Below are positions 9,814-19,967 of a stretch of DNA of 64,000 nucleotides, piece by piece. Each line of letters starts with the position of its first letter. Positions within the stretch are counted from its first letter, which is position 1. The notes beneath the pieces are model-generated. The model was not told the DNA's origin, did no database searches, and worked only from the letters and a program-made list of their open reading frames with translations. This stretch comes from Candidatus Thorarchaeota archaeon (GTDB lineage: Archaea; Asgardarchaeota; Thorarchaeia; Thorarchaeales; Thorarchaeaceae), in contig JAGXKG010000005.1 in assembly GCA_018335335.1 (NCBI GenBank), forward strand, positions 2,868-66,867, written 5' to 3'. A program made the translations under genes and the position numbers.

Positions 9814-10730
9814 TGGAATTTGGGCTAGCAGTGAATATTCGAGAGCCGATTGAGGAGATACGAGCCATTGTCCAAACATGTATCAACAGCGACATCACCC
9901 AAGTATGGGTAACCGACTATCCTGCCACCCGGTATTCACCGATTGTGGCCGCTGCATTAGCCAAAGACATACGTAACATGCGGTTTGGTATAGGATTGTT
10001 GAGTCCACTCCTTCACCCCGTCAATCAAATCAAAAGAACAATCAAATCTCTCATTTCCCGATATGGAGAGCGGTTTGATATCCTGATTGGACCAGGGGAC
10101 AGGACTGCACTTGCAAGGATTGGAGTTGACTATGGACATATTGATACGCTCGTGAGTCGCCTTGTTGACGATGCAATTGAAATCAAGAGATACATTTCCG
10201 AAAGGGGCTTCGACAGTAGAGTTTTCTTGGCAGCACAGGGTTCCAAAATGATATCTGAATCGAAGAAGACAGACGGGGTACTTCTGAATTACACTTCGGT
10301 TGATCAAACTGAGTGGGCGCAAAAACAACTCGGGAATGTCACGTCGGAATTCATTGTCAGTGTCGTTCCGCCCACATTCATATCCCAGACTGAGAAGTGC
10401 GATTCCTCTTTTGAAATCAAGCGGAGTGCCGCAATGGTCATTCTTGGACTGAACCAATCGGTAATGAACGGGTTATCAGTTGATGAAAGTATCTCAAATG
10501 CCAAAGAATTGCACAAAGAAAAGGGGTACATTGACAGACAAGTGATAGACGCGATAAGTGATCAAGCGCTACAAGAATTCTCAATTTGTACAACAGAAAA
10601 AGAGTTGATTAAGTACTTGGAGAAGATGAAAGCCATCGGTACAGACATGGTTGTATTTGGTCCTCCCGCCGGTAAACAAAAGGAGACTGTTGAGAAGCTT
10701 GTATCTGCAGTGGGCAAAATGAGTACATAA
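9813..10730 (+). CDS. LLM-class oxidoreductase paralogue
   Basis: The GTG start overlaps the upstream stop (TAGTG) and follows GGAGGGAGG. VEFGLAVN..., QVWVTDY, and a C-terminal ELIKYLEKMKAIGTDMVVFGP typical of LLM enzymes. Confidence 0.65.
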   Translation: MEFGLAVNIREPIEEIRAIVQTCINSDITQVWVTDYPATRYSPIVAAALAKDIRNMRFGIGLLSPLLHPVNQIKRTIKSLISRYGERFDILIGPGDRTALARIGVDYGHIDTLVSRLVDDAIEIKRYISERGFDSRVFLAAQGSKMISESKKTDGVLLNYTSVDQTEWAQKQLGNVTSEFIVSVVPPTFISQTEKCDSSFEIKRSAAMVILGLNQSVMNGLSVDESISNAKELHKEKGYIDRQVIDAISDQALQEFSICTTEKELIKYLEKMKAIGTDMVVFGPPAGKQKETVEKLVSAVGKMST

Positions 10731-10747
10731 GCTGAATTGTACTGCAG

Positions 10748-12205
10748 CTAATAGAAATAATCCGCCAAATCAAGATCATGTGAGGGGACATGCCATGTCC
10801 CGTCCGAGTAATTCCACTCCCTTGCGATGTCCAGCATGGTTCGAGAGCCCTTTTGAGGTATAGTCATAATCGGGTTAACCGACCAAACTCCTTCGTTCTG
10901 TTCCAGTGATCGAAATGCTTGGTAGTACTCAACCTGGTGCTTTGCAGGTACTTGTGCCCATACAATGACGCCTTTCTCTGATTGGTAGTACATTGCCTGA
11001 GGAACATCCGCAGCTGCATAAACCAGCCTGTTTCTCCATTCGGGTGCACAAAGAATCTCAAAACAGAAACTGGCGGATAACCGTAAACCACCAACCGTCA
11101 GATACGGAAGAACGAGCTCCTCATCCCGGATTCGCCTGATGAGGTATCCAACTTGTCGCGATGTCAGGTCCCAGCCTAACCGCTGTAAGCGTGTATGTAC
11201 TCTGCTTGGAGATGCGCGAGCATCCTGTGTGAGCTGTGAGATTACCGCGTACTCCTTAGGTTGCGCTGATTCCATCTTTCCTCTATTTCGAAGCAAAGGT
11301 GGCATTGATTCGATTTCAACATCTGAATCGAGTTTGTGTTCAAATGTTTCTGGGAAGTGCCATTCATCATCAGCGAAAAGTGAAAAATTGGTTGTTGCTC
11401 CCGCCGCCTGCTGTTCATGGTAGCCCATATAGCTAAACATTTTGTTGGAAAGTTTGTCCAAACTTGCTTGGAAAATTCGTCTGTTTTCATCTGTTGTGGG
11501 GTATAGAACCGAGAAGTATCCCAGTGGGGACATAGTGGTTTTGAGTATGGCCTTCGTAAAGGGGAACGCAGATAATGCAGCTTCAACTGATTCCCATTCA
11601 ACATCATCTCGCATCTTGAAAAAAACAATGGCTGAAGTAATACCGAATGCAGATTGATCGACAATACAGCTAAATCGAATCGAATTACGTTCGCGCAGTC
11701 GTTTCAGTGATCGCGACACTGTTCGAGAAGTGTAACCTAGTTCATCAGCACAATCAACCAATGTAGCAGTGGGCCGCTCAGCAAAGAAGGTCAAAACCTC
11801 AGAGTCAGTAGGACTTATGGGGGCATCCTGATTGAGGAATGCAAAGCTGTACGCAGATCGGATGGAGTCAGCAGTGCACATTTTGTATTTCCGTACCGTT
11901 TCAAGGTTATCAAGCAGCCGCTCCTTGAGTCGATCATTCACAGGGAGTACTGTTGGATCAGTTGGAGATTTTGCAAATTCAGGATTGTCTTTGAGTTCCT
12001 CAACAGCATCGATTGCCTCCTCGAAACTAACTGTCCCAGAGCAGATTCCCAAGTAAACCCGAATCACTTCAAGGTAGAATTTAGCAGAAGGTTCATCCGA
12101 AGAAGGAATCACATCATCATATGGGGTGTGTATACTAGATAGCACCGCCTTGCCTGATTCCATTTCATCACTCTCCTTCTGTAGACCAGAGTGGTTTTCT
12201 TCCAT
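10748..12205 (-). CDS. Transcriptional regulator with two Lrp/AsnC-like wHTH plus effector modules
   Basis: Two HTH segments (LVDCADELGYTSRTVSRSLKRLRE and ISQLTQDARASPSRVHTRLQRLG), each followed by a small beta-alpha domain. Confidence 0.55.
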   Translation of the reverse strand: MEENHSGLQKESDEMESGKAVLSSIHTPYDDVIPSSDEPSAKFYLEVIRVYLGICSGTVSFEEAIDAVEELKDNPEFAKSPTDPTVLPVNDRLKERLLDNLETVRKYKMCTADSIRSAYSFAFLNQDAPISPTDSEVLTFFAERPTATLVDCADELGYTSRTVSRSLKRLRERNSIRFSCIVDQSAFGITSAIVFFKMRDDVEWESVEAALSAFPFTKAILKTTMSPLGYFSVLYPTTDENRRIFQASLDKLSNKMFSYMGYHEQQAAGATTNFSLFADDEWHFPETFEHKLDSDVEIESMPPLLRNRGKMESAQPKEYAVISQLTQDARASPSRVHTRLQRLGWDLTSRQVGYLIRRIRDEELVLPYLTVGGLRLSASFCFEILCAPEWRNRLVYAAADVPQAMYYQSEKGVIVWAQVPAKHQVEYYQAFRSLEQNEGVWSVNPIMTIPQKGSRTMLDIAREWNYSDGTWHVPSHDLDLADYFY

Positions 12206-12245
12206 CTACGTCATCACCTTTAAGCAATTCATCCATGAAGATTCC

Positions 12246-13322
12246 TCAAGCCTTCTTGGATAGAATAGCCTCTAGTCCATTCTTTCTTTTCTCACGTTCA
12301 GTTAAGAATGTGCATATTTCAGCGGTATGGTGTCCAAGTGCAGCAAGAGACTTCGAAAATGAAATCCAGTCAAAGCCGGTAGGTACTTGAATTCGCATGA
12401 CTGCAAATTGACCACCAGAAATGATTCTTGTTTTTGGGAAAGACCTTCCCTGAGCGTGTAACAATCGCGAGAAAGTCTGTTCCTCACTCAACTCCTGTAC
12501 ACATACAACAATTTGTTGGTCGAGTCCAAGATTTGAGAGTACAACATAGGGGATTGCCATGTTGTCTCGGATCTGACTCAATCGACGCCGAAGCGTCCTC
12601 TTAGTTGGAACTTCAAGCCCAATCCTTCTGAGGGTTTCCGCCAAATCAGTTGAGGACGCATAGTAGTCAGTTTCAACTACACTCGCTGCAGCCATGTGTT
12701 TCCAGTCGATTTCACCTACCTTGCTTTGTTGAGTATGAGCACTTACTGGAAGTACATCTGCGTATTCCTTTGCTGCATCCATACTAGCTTCCATTCGGAA
12801 GCTGTAATCGAACTCCCAGTTCTTGCCATCAAAGAGACCAATATTCAGATGATTCGAAACACGACGAACAAATCCTGTGGTTACTTCCAGTTTGTATGGC
12901 TTCTTCTGAAAGCGGCGAATTTGGCTTCTGAACCAGTTGTATCTTCTTCCTGCCGGTAGAAGAGCCTCGAAGTACACACGCATATTCATAGCGGAGGTCA
13001 TGGCAGATTTGATAGCTAGAGTTGAATATGGATAAGTATCCAACCAAGCCCAGAATTTGTCTAGATTTGGATCGCCCTGATTTGCTTGTGCCCAACCAAA
13101 AACATAGTGAAGGCCAAGCTGCCCGTAATCAATATTGCCCTTAACTTGTAATCCAAACTCCTCTTCCAATCGGTGCCACACCTGGTTGACAGCCGAGCGA
13201 GTCACATTGAGATCACTAGCAATAGCCGCTTGTCGCATATGAGGATCTATTGCAATACGATTCAACAATCTTTGTTCAGCGGGGCCTAACGTTCGCAATG
13301 ATAATCCCTCCACATAGGTCAT
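12246..13322 (-). CDS. Transcriptional regulator, paralogue of the previous gene (double wHTH)
   Basis: LLNRIAIDPHMRQAAIASDLNVTRSAVNQVWHRLEE plus a second HTH (STDLAETLRRIGLEVPTKRTLRRRLSQIRD). Same architecture and orientation as 10748..12205. Confidence 0.55.
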   Translation of the reverse strand: MTYVEGLSLRTLGPAEQRLLNRIAIDPHMRQAAIASDLNVTRSAVNQVWHRLEEEFGLQVKGNIDYGQLGLHYVFGWAQANQGDPNLDKFWAWLDTYPYSTLAIKSAMTSAMNMRVYFEALLPAGRRYNWFRSQIRRFQKKPYKLEVTTGFVRRVSNHLNIGLFDGKNWEFDYSFRMEASMDAAKEYADVLPVSAHTQQSKVGEIDWKHMAAASVVETDYYASSTDLAETLRRIGLEVPTKRTLRRRLSQIRDNMAIPYVVLSNLGLDQQIVVCVQELSEEQTFSRLLHAQGRSFPKTRIISGGQFAVMRIQVPTGFDWISFSKSLAALGHHTAEICTFLTEREKRKNGLEAILSKKA

Positions 13323-13994
13323 CCCGTCGTGGACGAAAGGTCAATTTGCTATTATGTCCGATTGTTTAGAGCAGAGGGTAATAAACTGTCCCTTTTGTAA
13401 ACATCATTTTACCATTTGGAAGTATCTATTCTGAAATGGGTATATATGAGCCGTAGAGACGCCACAGCTTGTTTCTACGGCGCGGTTCTTCTTAATATGG
13501 CGTGAGGGCCTGTATAATGTTGAGTTGCGTTCGAGACAGCTCTCACACTGTGGACCATCGACCGTATGTATGGTATATGCAGGTAGTGGGGGCTCCTCTA
13601 GCGTAGCTAAGTATGACAATCAGGAATCAAGGAGGTGTAGCGAATTTCAGCCGAATCACTGCGGACAGTCTATGAAAGCATGACAAACAACCGCACAGTA
13701 CTCGAATTGCTGTCCATCGGTATTAGCGACGTATCTACTGTTGTCCAAGTACCCTGCGAAGACCCAACCCCATTCTAAATTTTGCAACTCAAACGGTAGT
13801 TGGTTCTTTGCATGAACAGTAGATGTTCACGTTGCTAGCTCAACTCTAGGTTGAGGTTGTCATACGGCAGATTTCAAGGAATCGAAGGAGGAGAAAAAAA
13901 CAATGGATCCGGTACCAGGCGGCCCAGACCCAACACCTTGGTAAATACACGAGAAACACAGAACAGTAAATGAAACAATGGAGAATAAAAAAGA

Positions 13995-14249
13995 ATGTTG
14001 AGAACAGAAAAAGCAACAGAAATAGCATTCAGCGATGATTTGACCCCCGAGGATGGTAGAGAGGTTGATCCTCTCACTGATCCCGAGACGGTCAGACTGG
14101 TTGCGCTCAATCTTGAACTCGCAGTCAAGAATCTGATGGGTTCAGCGAGTGCACCAGAGTGCTTGGTTCTTACAGCAGACATATGCAGCTATCGGCTGGT
14201 GGCAAGACCAGCTGACAATGGCGTTAAGGTGCAAGTCTTTGAACTGTGA
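13995..14249 (+). CDS. Hypothetical small acidic protein
   Basis: Only an ORF in a 1.1-kb intergenic region. It is followed by a GGGGGC/GCCCCC hairpin at 14276-14293. No recognisable motif. Confidence 0.3.
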   Translation: MLRTEKATEIAFSDDLTPEDGREVDPLTDPETVRLVALNLELAVKNLMGSASAPECLVLTADICSYRLVARPADNGVKVQVFEL

Positions 14250-14464
14250 GAGACAAGACTGAATACGGAATGTTTGGGGGCTTTAGGGCCCCCATTACAA
14301 CCCAGAGACAATATGCCGAATATATGAGATAGAGTGCAGTTCAAATATCAAAATCAAGAGCTAGCTTGAAGCAAAAGCACATCGAACCTACACAAACCAA
14401 GCACGGGCTTAGACAATCGTAGGGACGACTATCTTTTGCCGATACTGAAAAGAGGCTAGCGAAA

Positions 14465-15847
14465 ATGTGTGCATATGCACAGGGGCAGGAAGAGAAAGTG
14501 GCTGAAGAGGGGGATAACTGGAGAGATGCAGTAGACAAGGAGAACCAAGAAGACACGGAAGGTATCAGAGAATCCTTGCGCAACATATTCCAGTGGAAGA
14601 ACTATCGGATTTATCTGGCCACCTATACACTCTTTTCTGCATTCGGCATCCTTAGTAGATTTACGAATTTGTATCTACGGGAGATTGGATGGAGCTTCAT
14701 TCTTCTAGGAATTGTCATAACTATCACATCCACGGTTGCAACTCTATCCCGGTTCATAGGCGGATACATAGGCGACATTATGGATCGAAAGAATCTAGCA
14801 GTTATTGCAGCCGCCATGTTATCTGTCTATTATCTATTGATTGGCATCTCAACTGAGTTCATCGTGATTCTCGTTGGACTGCTCATCTATTCACTTGCCG
14901 ACCTGGCTAGGGGAGGGTCATCTGCTTATATCATGGATAATATGCCAGAGGATAACAGTGGTTTGGCTTTGTCGCTTTTCACTGCATTGCAGGTTGTTGG
15001 TGTTGGCACCCTTATTGTTCTGTCTTTTCTGGTTTCAGAGTTTGGTTTTGGTAACAGCATGAGGGGGCTATTTGCTGCAGCAGGAATCGGGTTATTTATC
15101 TCAGCTGTAGTGCGTGCAAAATACCTAGAGAGTAGCGGTCACAAACAAACCAGCGAACATGGTTCATTCATTAAGGGATTTATCAAAGATAACAAGCGAG
15201 CTGCAAAACTTGTTGTCATAACATTGCCAGCAGTACTAGTCATCACAGTTCTCGATTCGTTCAGTGATTCACTTTTCAACTTCGGGGCGTTAATCTATAC
15301 CAACGAATGGCTTGGGGTTTCTATACAGGGGATTAGCATCATGCTTATTGTCCAACTTCTTGTCAGCGTACCGTTACTGCTCAAGATGGGGCAAGTAGCA
15401 GATCGTTCACTCAAGAAAGCAGCCATTGGCGTTTATTCACTCATGCCAATTTCGGTGCTACTGCTCTTGCTCTCAGCGGTGATTCCGTACTGGGCGCCAA
15501 TGAACTTCATCTCCTCTGTCTCATCCATTCTCCCGGTATTCGAAGTCGTATTCAGTACACCATTTCTAGCAATCGTACTGAAGTATGTTAGCGATGCCGT
15601 CTGGGGACTCATGCTTATGACGATTATTCAGAAACTCATGCCCAGGGAGGATACCTCGAAAGTACTCGGTGTATTTTGGACAATTGTGTACATCAGCAAT
15701 TCACTTGGGCCATTGCTCGGGAGTGTGCTTTTTACGTATCTTCACCCAGCTATTCTGTTCATTCTCGTTTTAGTCCTGAATATAGGAATCCTAGCCTCGA
15801 TTACACGCAACGGACTTTTCGTGAAGCGGGGAGAAACAACACAGTAA
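14465..15847 (+). CDS. MFS transporter
   Basis: About 12 hydrophobic segments and an MFS-like loop motif (GGYIGDIMDRKN). Confidence 0.75.
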   Translation: MCAYAQGQEEKVAEEGDNWRDAVDKENQEDTEGIRESLRNIFQWKNYRIYLATYTLFSAFGILSRFTNLYLREIGWSFILLGIVITITSTVATLSRFIGGYIGDIMDRKNLAVIAAAMLSVYYLLIGISTEFIVILVGLLIYSLADLARGGSSAYIMDNMPEDNSGLALSLFTALQVVGVGTLIVLSFLVSEFGFGNSMRGLFAAAGIGLFISAVVRAKYLESSGHKQTSEHGSFIKGFIKDNKRAAKLVVITLPAVLVITVLDSFSDSLFNFGALIYTNEWLGVSIQGISIMLIVQLLVSVPLLLKMGQVADRSLKKAAIGVYSLMPISVLLLLLSAVIPYWAPMNFISSVSSILPVFEVVFSTPFLAIVLKYVSDAVWGLMLMTIIQKLMPREDTSKVLGVFWTIVYISNSLGPLLGSVLFTYLHPAILFILVLVLNIGILASITRNGLFVKRGETTQ

Positions 15848-15904
15848 CACCGTAATTTGCTATTGGCAACATTCTTGTTATATACAGCTACTGCAAAATC
15901 GGTT

Positions 15905-16561
15905 ATGGAGAGTAGTGCCTTGAAGGATGAGAAGAAACGAGCCAAGGAGGTAATTGAGATACTCCAAGGAGCCTACCCTGACGCTCCAGAGACATATCTG
16001 AAGTGGAGTAATCCGTTCGAGCTGACAATAGCAACGATTCTATCTGCAAATACAACAGATGCCTCAGTCAATAACGTAACCCCCGAACTGTTTGAAAAAT
16101 ATCCTGATGCAGAATCGATGAGAGAAGCCAATATTGACGAACTCAAAGATATCATCCGATCGGTGGGACTCTATAACAGAAAATCAGATTACATTCGAGA
16201 GTCTGCGAAAACTATAGTTGAAGACTTTGATGGAGAAGTCCCTTCAAATATGAAAGACCTCACCAAACTGAAAGGAGCAAGCAGGAAAACCGCCAATGTC
16301 ATTCTGAGCACAGCATTCGAAAAAAATGAGGGGGTTGTAGTGGATACGCATGTCATGCGGGTTACGAAGCGATTGGAGCTCACGGACAAGAAGAAACGCG
16401 ACAAAATAGAGAAGGACCTCATGAGCCTGCTGCCTCAAAGCATGTGGGACGAATATGCTCGGGTAATCGGTGCTCACGGCAGACAAATCTGTGAATCACG
16501 GAATCCGAAATGTTCGGAATGCCCGGTCAATCAGCTATGTCCCTATCCAGACAAGGATTAG
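15905..16561 (+). CDS. nth: Endonuclease III (DNA glycosylase/AP lyase)
   Basis: HhH-GPD signature (LKGASRKTANVIL, VVVDTHVMRVTKRL) and the C-terminal 4Fe-4S loop C..RNPKCSECPVNQLCPY. A TTATATA box lies ~25 nt upstream of the ATG at 15905. Confidence 0.9.
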   Translation: MESSALKDEKKRAKEVIEILQGAYPDAPETYLKWSNPFELTIATILSANTTDASVNNVTPELFEKYPDAESMREANIDELKDIIRSVGLYNRKSDYIRESAKTIVEDFDGEVPSNMKDLTKLKGASRKTANVILSTAFEKNEGVVVDTHVMRVTKRLELTDKKKRDKIEKDLMSLLPQSMWDEYARVIGAHGRQICESRNPKCSECPVNQLCPYPDKD

Positions 16562-16727
16562 GACTAGCTACGAGTACACAGGATGAAAGCGGGATTTTTG
16601 CAAGGAAGAGAATACAGCAAGGATTCGTACCAGCTTATTTGGAGTGAGTGTTCGAGCTCGGTATATATCTCAAAGTCAAACAGAATCTACCAGGATATTA
16701 TGGCATTATCACCTGCTGCTTTTTGAA

Positions 16728-17960
16728 TCACATACCACCTTTGAGACTCATTTCTACTGCTTGATCAATAGATGCCTGAAGTTCATCGGGGAGGTCCGGG
16801 ATGTCCAAGTGAACAAATCCACTTACGATAAGAGATGTAGCGGTTTCTTCATCGAGCCCTCTACTCATAAGATAACTAAGCTGTTCCTCTCCCACTTTAC
16901 CAACCGTTGCTTCATGGCTGAGTTCAGAACCTTCTGCATGTGCCTGTAGTTGCGGGACAGCCCTTATTGATGCATCATCACTTAGCAGCAACCCATCACA
17001 CTCAAGCCTGGCTTTTGTCCCGTCAGATAAGCCAATCAAATCGCCTCTGGCCGTAATGTGTGACTGTTCAGTTGCAATCGACCGTGAAAGAACTTTCCCA
17101 TTGGCTCTTGGTGCTTCAAGGCTCAAAGCACCACCGACATCATAGTGAGAGTTCTTAGTTCCGTAAACAACTGAATTCAAATCAGCCTTGGCATGGACTC
17201 CGGTCAACCGAACCTTCGGAAATGTCTGAATCGATTTGAGAGGGCTGAGAATGGCATAATTCGATAGAAATACTCCATGCTTTTCTACGAGGGCGGCGGA
17301 ACGAGGTCGAACATCAGTTTGTTCACTCCATTTGTGCACCATCGTAAAACTGAGTTTGGCCTGTGGTTTCACATAGAACTCCGATATCCCGAGGTGTAGC
17401 GAACGTTCGGTATTCGTTGGCGTGGCACATCCAGTCACGATATGCATTTCGGAGCCTTCCTCGGCAATGATAATATTGTGCACATTCTGTATAGATCGAT
17501 TCCGCTTCAAAACCAAGCAGGTCTGGACTGGCATCTTTATGTTGGCCCCAGATTCTGCCCGGATGAAATATCCATCATACGATTTCAAGGCACTTTCTGC
17601 AGTATACTTGTCAGTTTCAATGTCAACCAAGTTCCACAGATAATCGGACAGCCAATCATATCGCTCCAGAGCTTTGGAGATAGGAAGCACTTCGAGCCCT
17701 TCCTGATCCATGATTACGTCAGCAAGAATGCTTTCATTGTCCATCTGGAGGTAACTACCTGAAACCTGCCGTTCTGATGGGTCGAAACCTACTTCCCGAA
17801 CCAGATTACGGTCATCCTCCGAGAGTGCATCTAGACTCTCAAGCTCGCCCTTCCCACGATCTTCGAATTCATACTCGTCTAGTTCCAAATCAGGGCCGTA
17901 TTTCGCTCGTTTTTCTTTCGCTGTTTCTGCTCGCTGTTCGATATCTTTGTTACTCGCCAT
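16728..17960 (-). CDS. sufB: Fe-S cluster assembly scaffold, SufB/SufD family
   Basis: Beta-helix SufBD core, and located immediately downstream of sufC (the minimal archaeal sufCB arrangement). Confidence 0.75.
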   Translation of the reverse strand: MASNKDIEQRAETAKEKRAKYGPDLELDEYEFEDRGKGELESLDALSEDDRNLVREVGFDPSERQVSGSYLQMDNESILADVIMDQEGLEVLPISKALERYDWLSDYLWNLVDIETDKYTAESALKSYDGYFIRAESGANIKMPVQTCLVLKRNRSIQNVHNIIIAEEGSEMHIVTGCATPTNTERSLHLGISEFYVKPQAKLSFTMVHKWSEQTDVRPRSAALVEKHGVFLSNYAILSPLKSIQTFPKVRLTGVHAKADLNSVVYGTKNSHYDVGGALSLEAPRANGKVLSRSIATEQSHITARGDLIGLSDGTKARLECDGLLLSDDASIRAVPQLQAHAEGSELSHEATVGKVGEEQLSYLMSRGLDEETATSLIVSGFVHLDIPDLPDELQASIDQAVEMSLKGGM

Positions 17961-17984
17961 TTCCGATACATCCTCCCTTTTGGT

Positions 17985-18779
17985 CTAGCTGGCAACCTCC
18001 GCCAAGAAACGATCATAGCCCTTCTGTTCTAGGATGGGTATGTCTTCCATGCCTCCAACATACGCAAGCCTCCCCTCTTCGAGAATATACACCGTGTCAA
18101 CTTCAAGGTACTCGAGTACGTACCGGTGGTGGCTGATAATCACCATCGTCGAGGTGCCCTTGTCTCGCATTGCTTTCAGTTCTCGGCCCACCGTCTTCAG
18201 TGAATCATAGTCAAGACCGCTATCCGGTTCATCAAGAAACATTATTTTCGGATTGAGAGAGAGCACTTGAAACAGCTCACTACGTTTCAGTTCTCCACCG
18301 GAGAAATTGGTGTTCAAATCACGATCTGCAAGATTCTCTATGCCAAGTCGTTCAAAATCATCATGGATCTCCTGTCGTGCTGCGCATGAGCTGCCCATGA
18401 GATGATCCTCAGGTTCCTTGCAGCTATAATCGGGACATACACGGCAGATGAAATCCTCGAGCTTGACCCCGGGGATACTGGGAGGGTTCTGAAAAGCATA
18501 AGCGATGCCCATGTTGGCACGCTCATCTATACCCTTGTCAAGTATTGACTCGCCATGCATCAGTATATCGCCCCCAGTGACTTCGTAACTTGGCAAACCC
18601 ATGACGGTTTTGGCGAGCGTGGATTTTCCAGAAGCGTTCGGTCCCAGAATGGCATAAACGCCATCCTCTCCAAATTCCAAGTCAAGCCCTTTCAGAATCG
18701 GTATTCCTTCAACTTCGACCCGTAAATCCCGTACTTCCAGTAATTTGGCATCTGACATGATGTAATATCCTCTTCCCAT
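17985..18779 (-). CDS. sufC: Fe-S cluster assembly ATPase SufC
   Basis: Walker A GPNASGKST, signature FSGGELKR, Walker B MFLDEPDSGLD, H-loop ISHH. An alternative ATG at 18758 (MSDAKLLEV) is the more likely start. Confidence 0.9.
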   Translation of the reverse strand: MGRGYYIMSDAKLLEVRDLRVEVEGIPILKGLDLEFGEDGVYAILGPNASGKSTLAKTVMGLPSYEVTGGDILMHGESILDKGIDERANMGIAYAFQNPPSIPGVKLEDFICRVCPDYSCKEPEDHLMGSSCAARQEIHDDFERLGIENLADRDLNTNFSGGELKRSELFQVLSLNPKIMFLDEPDSGLDYDSLKTVGRELKAMRDKGTSTMVIISHHRYVLEYLEVDTVYILEEGRLAYVGGMEDIPILEQKGYDRFLAEVAS

Positions 18780-18849
18780 AGCGAGTACAATTGAATGAAA
18801 CGTTTAACCTGAATAGCTAATTAAGAATTGGGAAGCAGTCCCATCATCC

Positions 18850-19296
18850 CTATGCGGAGTACGTACCCATAATCTGAGCCTTCTCGATCATATGCTTCTC
18901 ACACAACTCCCGGAAATTTCCCTTGCTCGGCCGCTTCAGTTCCGGAACGTCTAGGGCATACAAAGTGAAGAAGTACCGGTGGGTACCTGAGGGGGGCGCA
19001 GGACCGCCATATGCTGCTTCATCATAGTCGTTCTCAACTTCCTTACCCGGGACCGGGGCACCTGCTGCAATGCTCCGTATATCCGACGGTATGGCATGTA
19101 CAAGCCAATGCTGCCAATTGCCAATCGGGGCGTCGGGGTCATTACAAATCAAAGCAAAGCTTTCCGTTCCTTCCGGAACGTCCTTCCAGGCCAAGTGCGG
19201 GCTGATGTTCTCTTTCTTGTATGCACATTTATCCGGAATGGCTTCACCGTCCTTGAAATCATCACTCCATAGTTCCATTTCATCACAGTCTCCCAA
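18850..19296 (-). CDS. YbhB/YbcL-family PEBP (Raf kinase inhibitor-like) protein
   Basis: NDPDAP, W.HW and GTHRYFFTLYALD motifs. Confidence 0.85.
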   Translation of the reverse strand: MGDCDEMELWSDDFKDGEAIPDKCAYKKENISPHLAWKDVPEGTESFALICNDPDAPIGNWQHWLVHAIPSDIRSIAAGAPVPGKEVENDYDEAAYGGPAPPSGTHRYFFTLYALDVPELKRPSKGNFRELCEKHMIEKAQIMGTYSA

Positions 19297-19393
19297 AACA
19301 ATCTCTTGTGAATACAGTAGGAACGGATATTATTTTGTCTTTTCATTTGTTAAATGATAACTCAGAAGGGACATCCGTACTGAAAGGTCTGGT

Positions 19394-19870
19394 TTACTGG
19401 TTCAAATAGTCCTTCAGCCATTCATAGACCCACTGCACATATTCTTCACAGTGAAATTTTCCCTCACTCTTCTCACCACGCTGGGTACCAGCTGGTTCTC
19501 GCTCCCCCTTGTCCATTGCTCTGAGATATCTGCAGGTTGTTGTTCCCCAAGCAGTGGCAAAATCCTCCAAAAAGCGACCAATAATATCCCTTGCCCGATT
19601 CCGTTTTCGATTGAATTCTGCAGGAATTTCTGTCCCGGTGGTTCCATGTAGCATCCCCAAACACATAACGCCTCCTGTTACTGCTCTACAGATCCTCCCA
19701 CTGCCAGCGATTCCACCACCAAGAACTGAGGCAATCTGCATACAGGATGTATCGATTTCGCCTATTGGTAGATCTCGTCTTGTTTTTATGATAACACTCT
19801 CTGCGCAATTAAAAGATAATTCGCCATCGGTCTCCATAGAAAGCGCCCAACTTCTTCTACCAGTTGCCAC
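19394..19870 (-). CDS. C_GCAxxG_C_C-family putative redox protein
   Basis: The conserved Cys pattern of the family is present (NCAESV, GG.AGSGRICRAVTGG, C...C), although the central GCAxxG is degenerate. Confidence 0.55.
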   Translation of the reverse strand: MATGRRSWALSMETDGELSFNCAESVIIKTRRDLPIGEIDTSCMQIASVLGGGIAGSGRICRAVTGGVMCLGMLHGTTGTEIPAEFNRKRNRARDIIGRFLEDFATAWGTTTCRYLRAMDKGEREPAGTQRGEKSEGKFHCEEYVQWVYEWLKDYLNQ

Positions 19871-19967
19871 ACCAAAAAGGTTCAGATGGCGGAACGGAGA
19901 AGAGGGTTGGCTGACATGCCATTATCCTTAAAACACAAACGCTCTCTGTGAAGAACAGGGAACTGTA

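Noticed and set aside
13903-13944. A 13-codon micro-ORF (MDPVPGGPDPTPW) behind a strong AAGGAGG, containing adjacent GGATCC and GGTACC sites that look like a cloning polylinker.
   Set aside because: The restriction-site pairing was noticed post hoc and is explainable by the Asp-Pro-Val-Pro codons. There is no vector-like flanking sequence and no evidence that the peptide is made.
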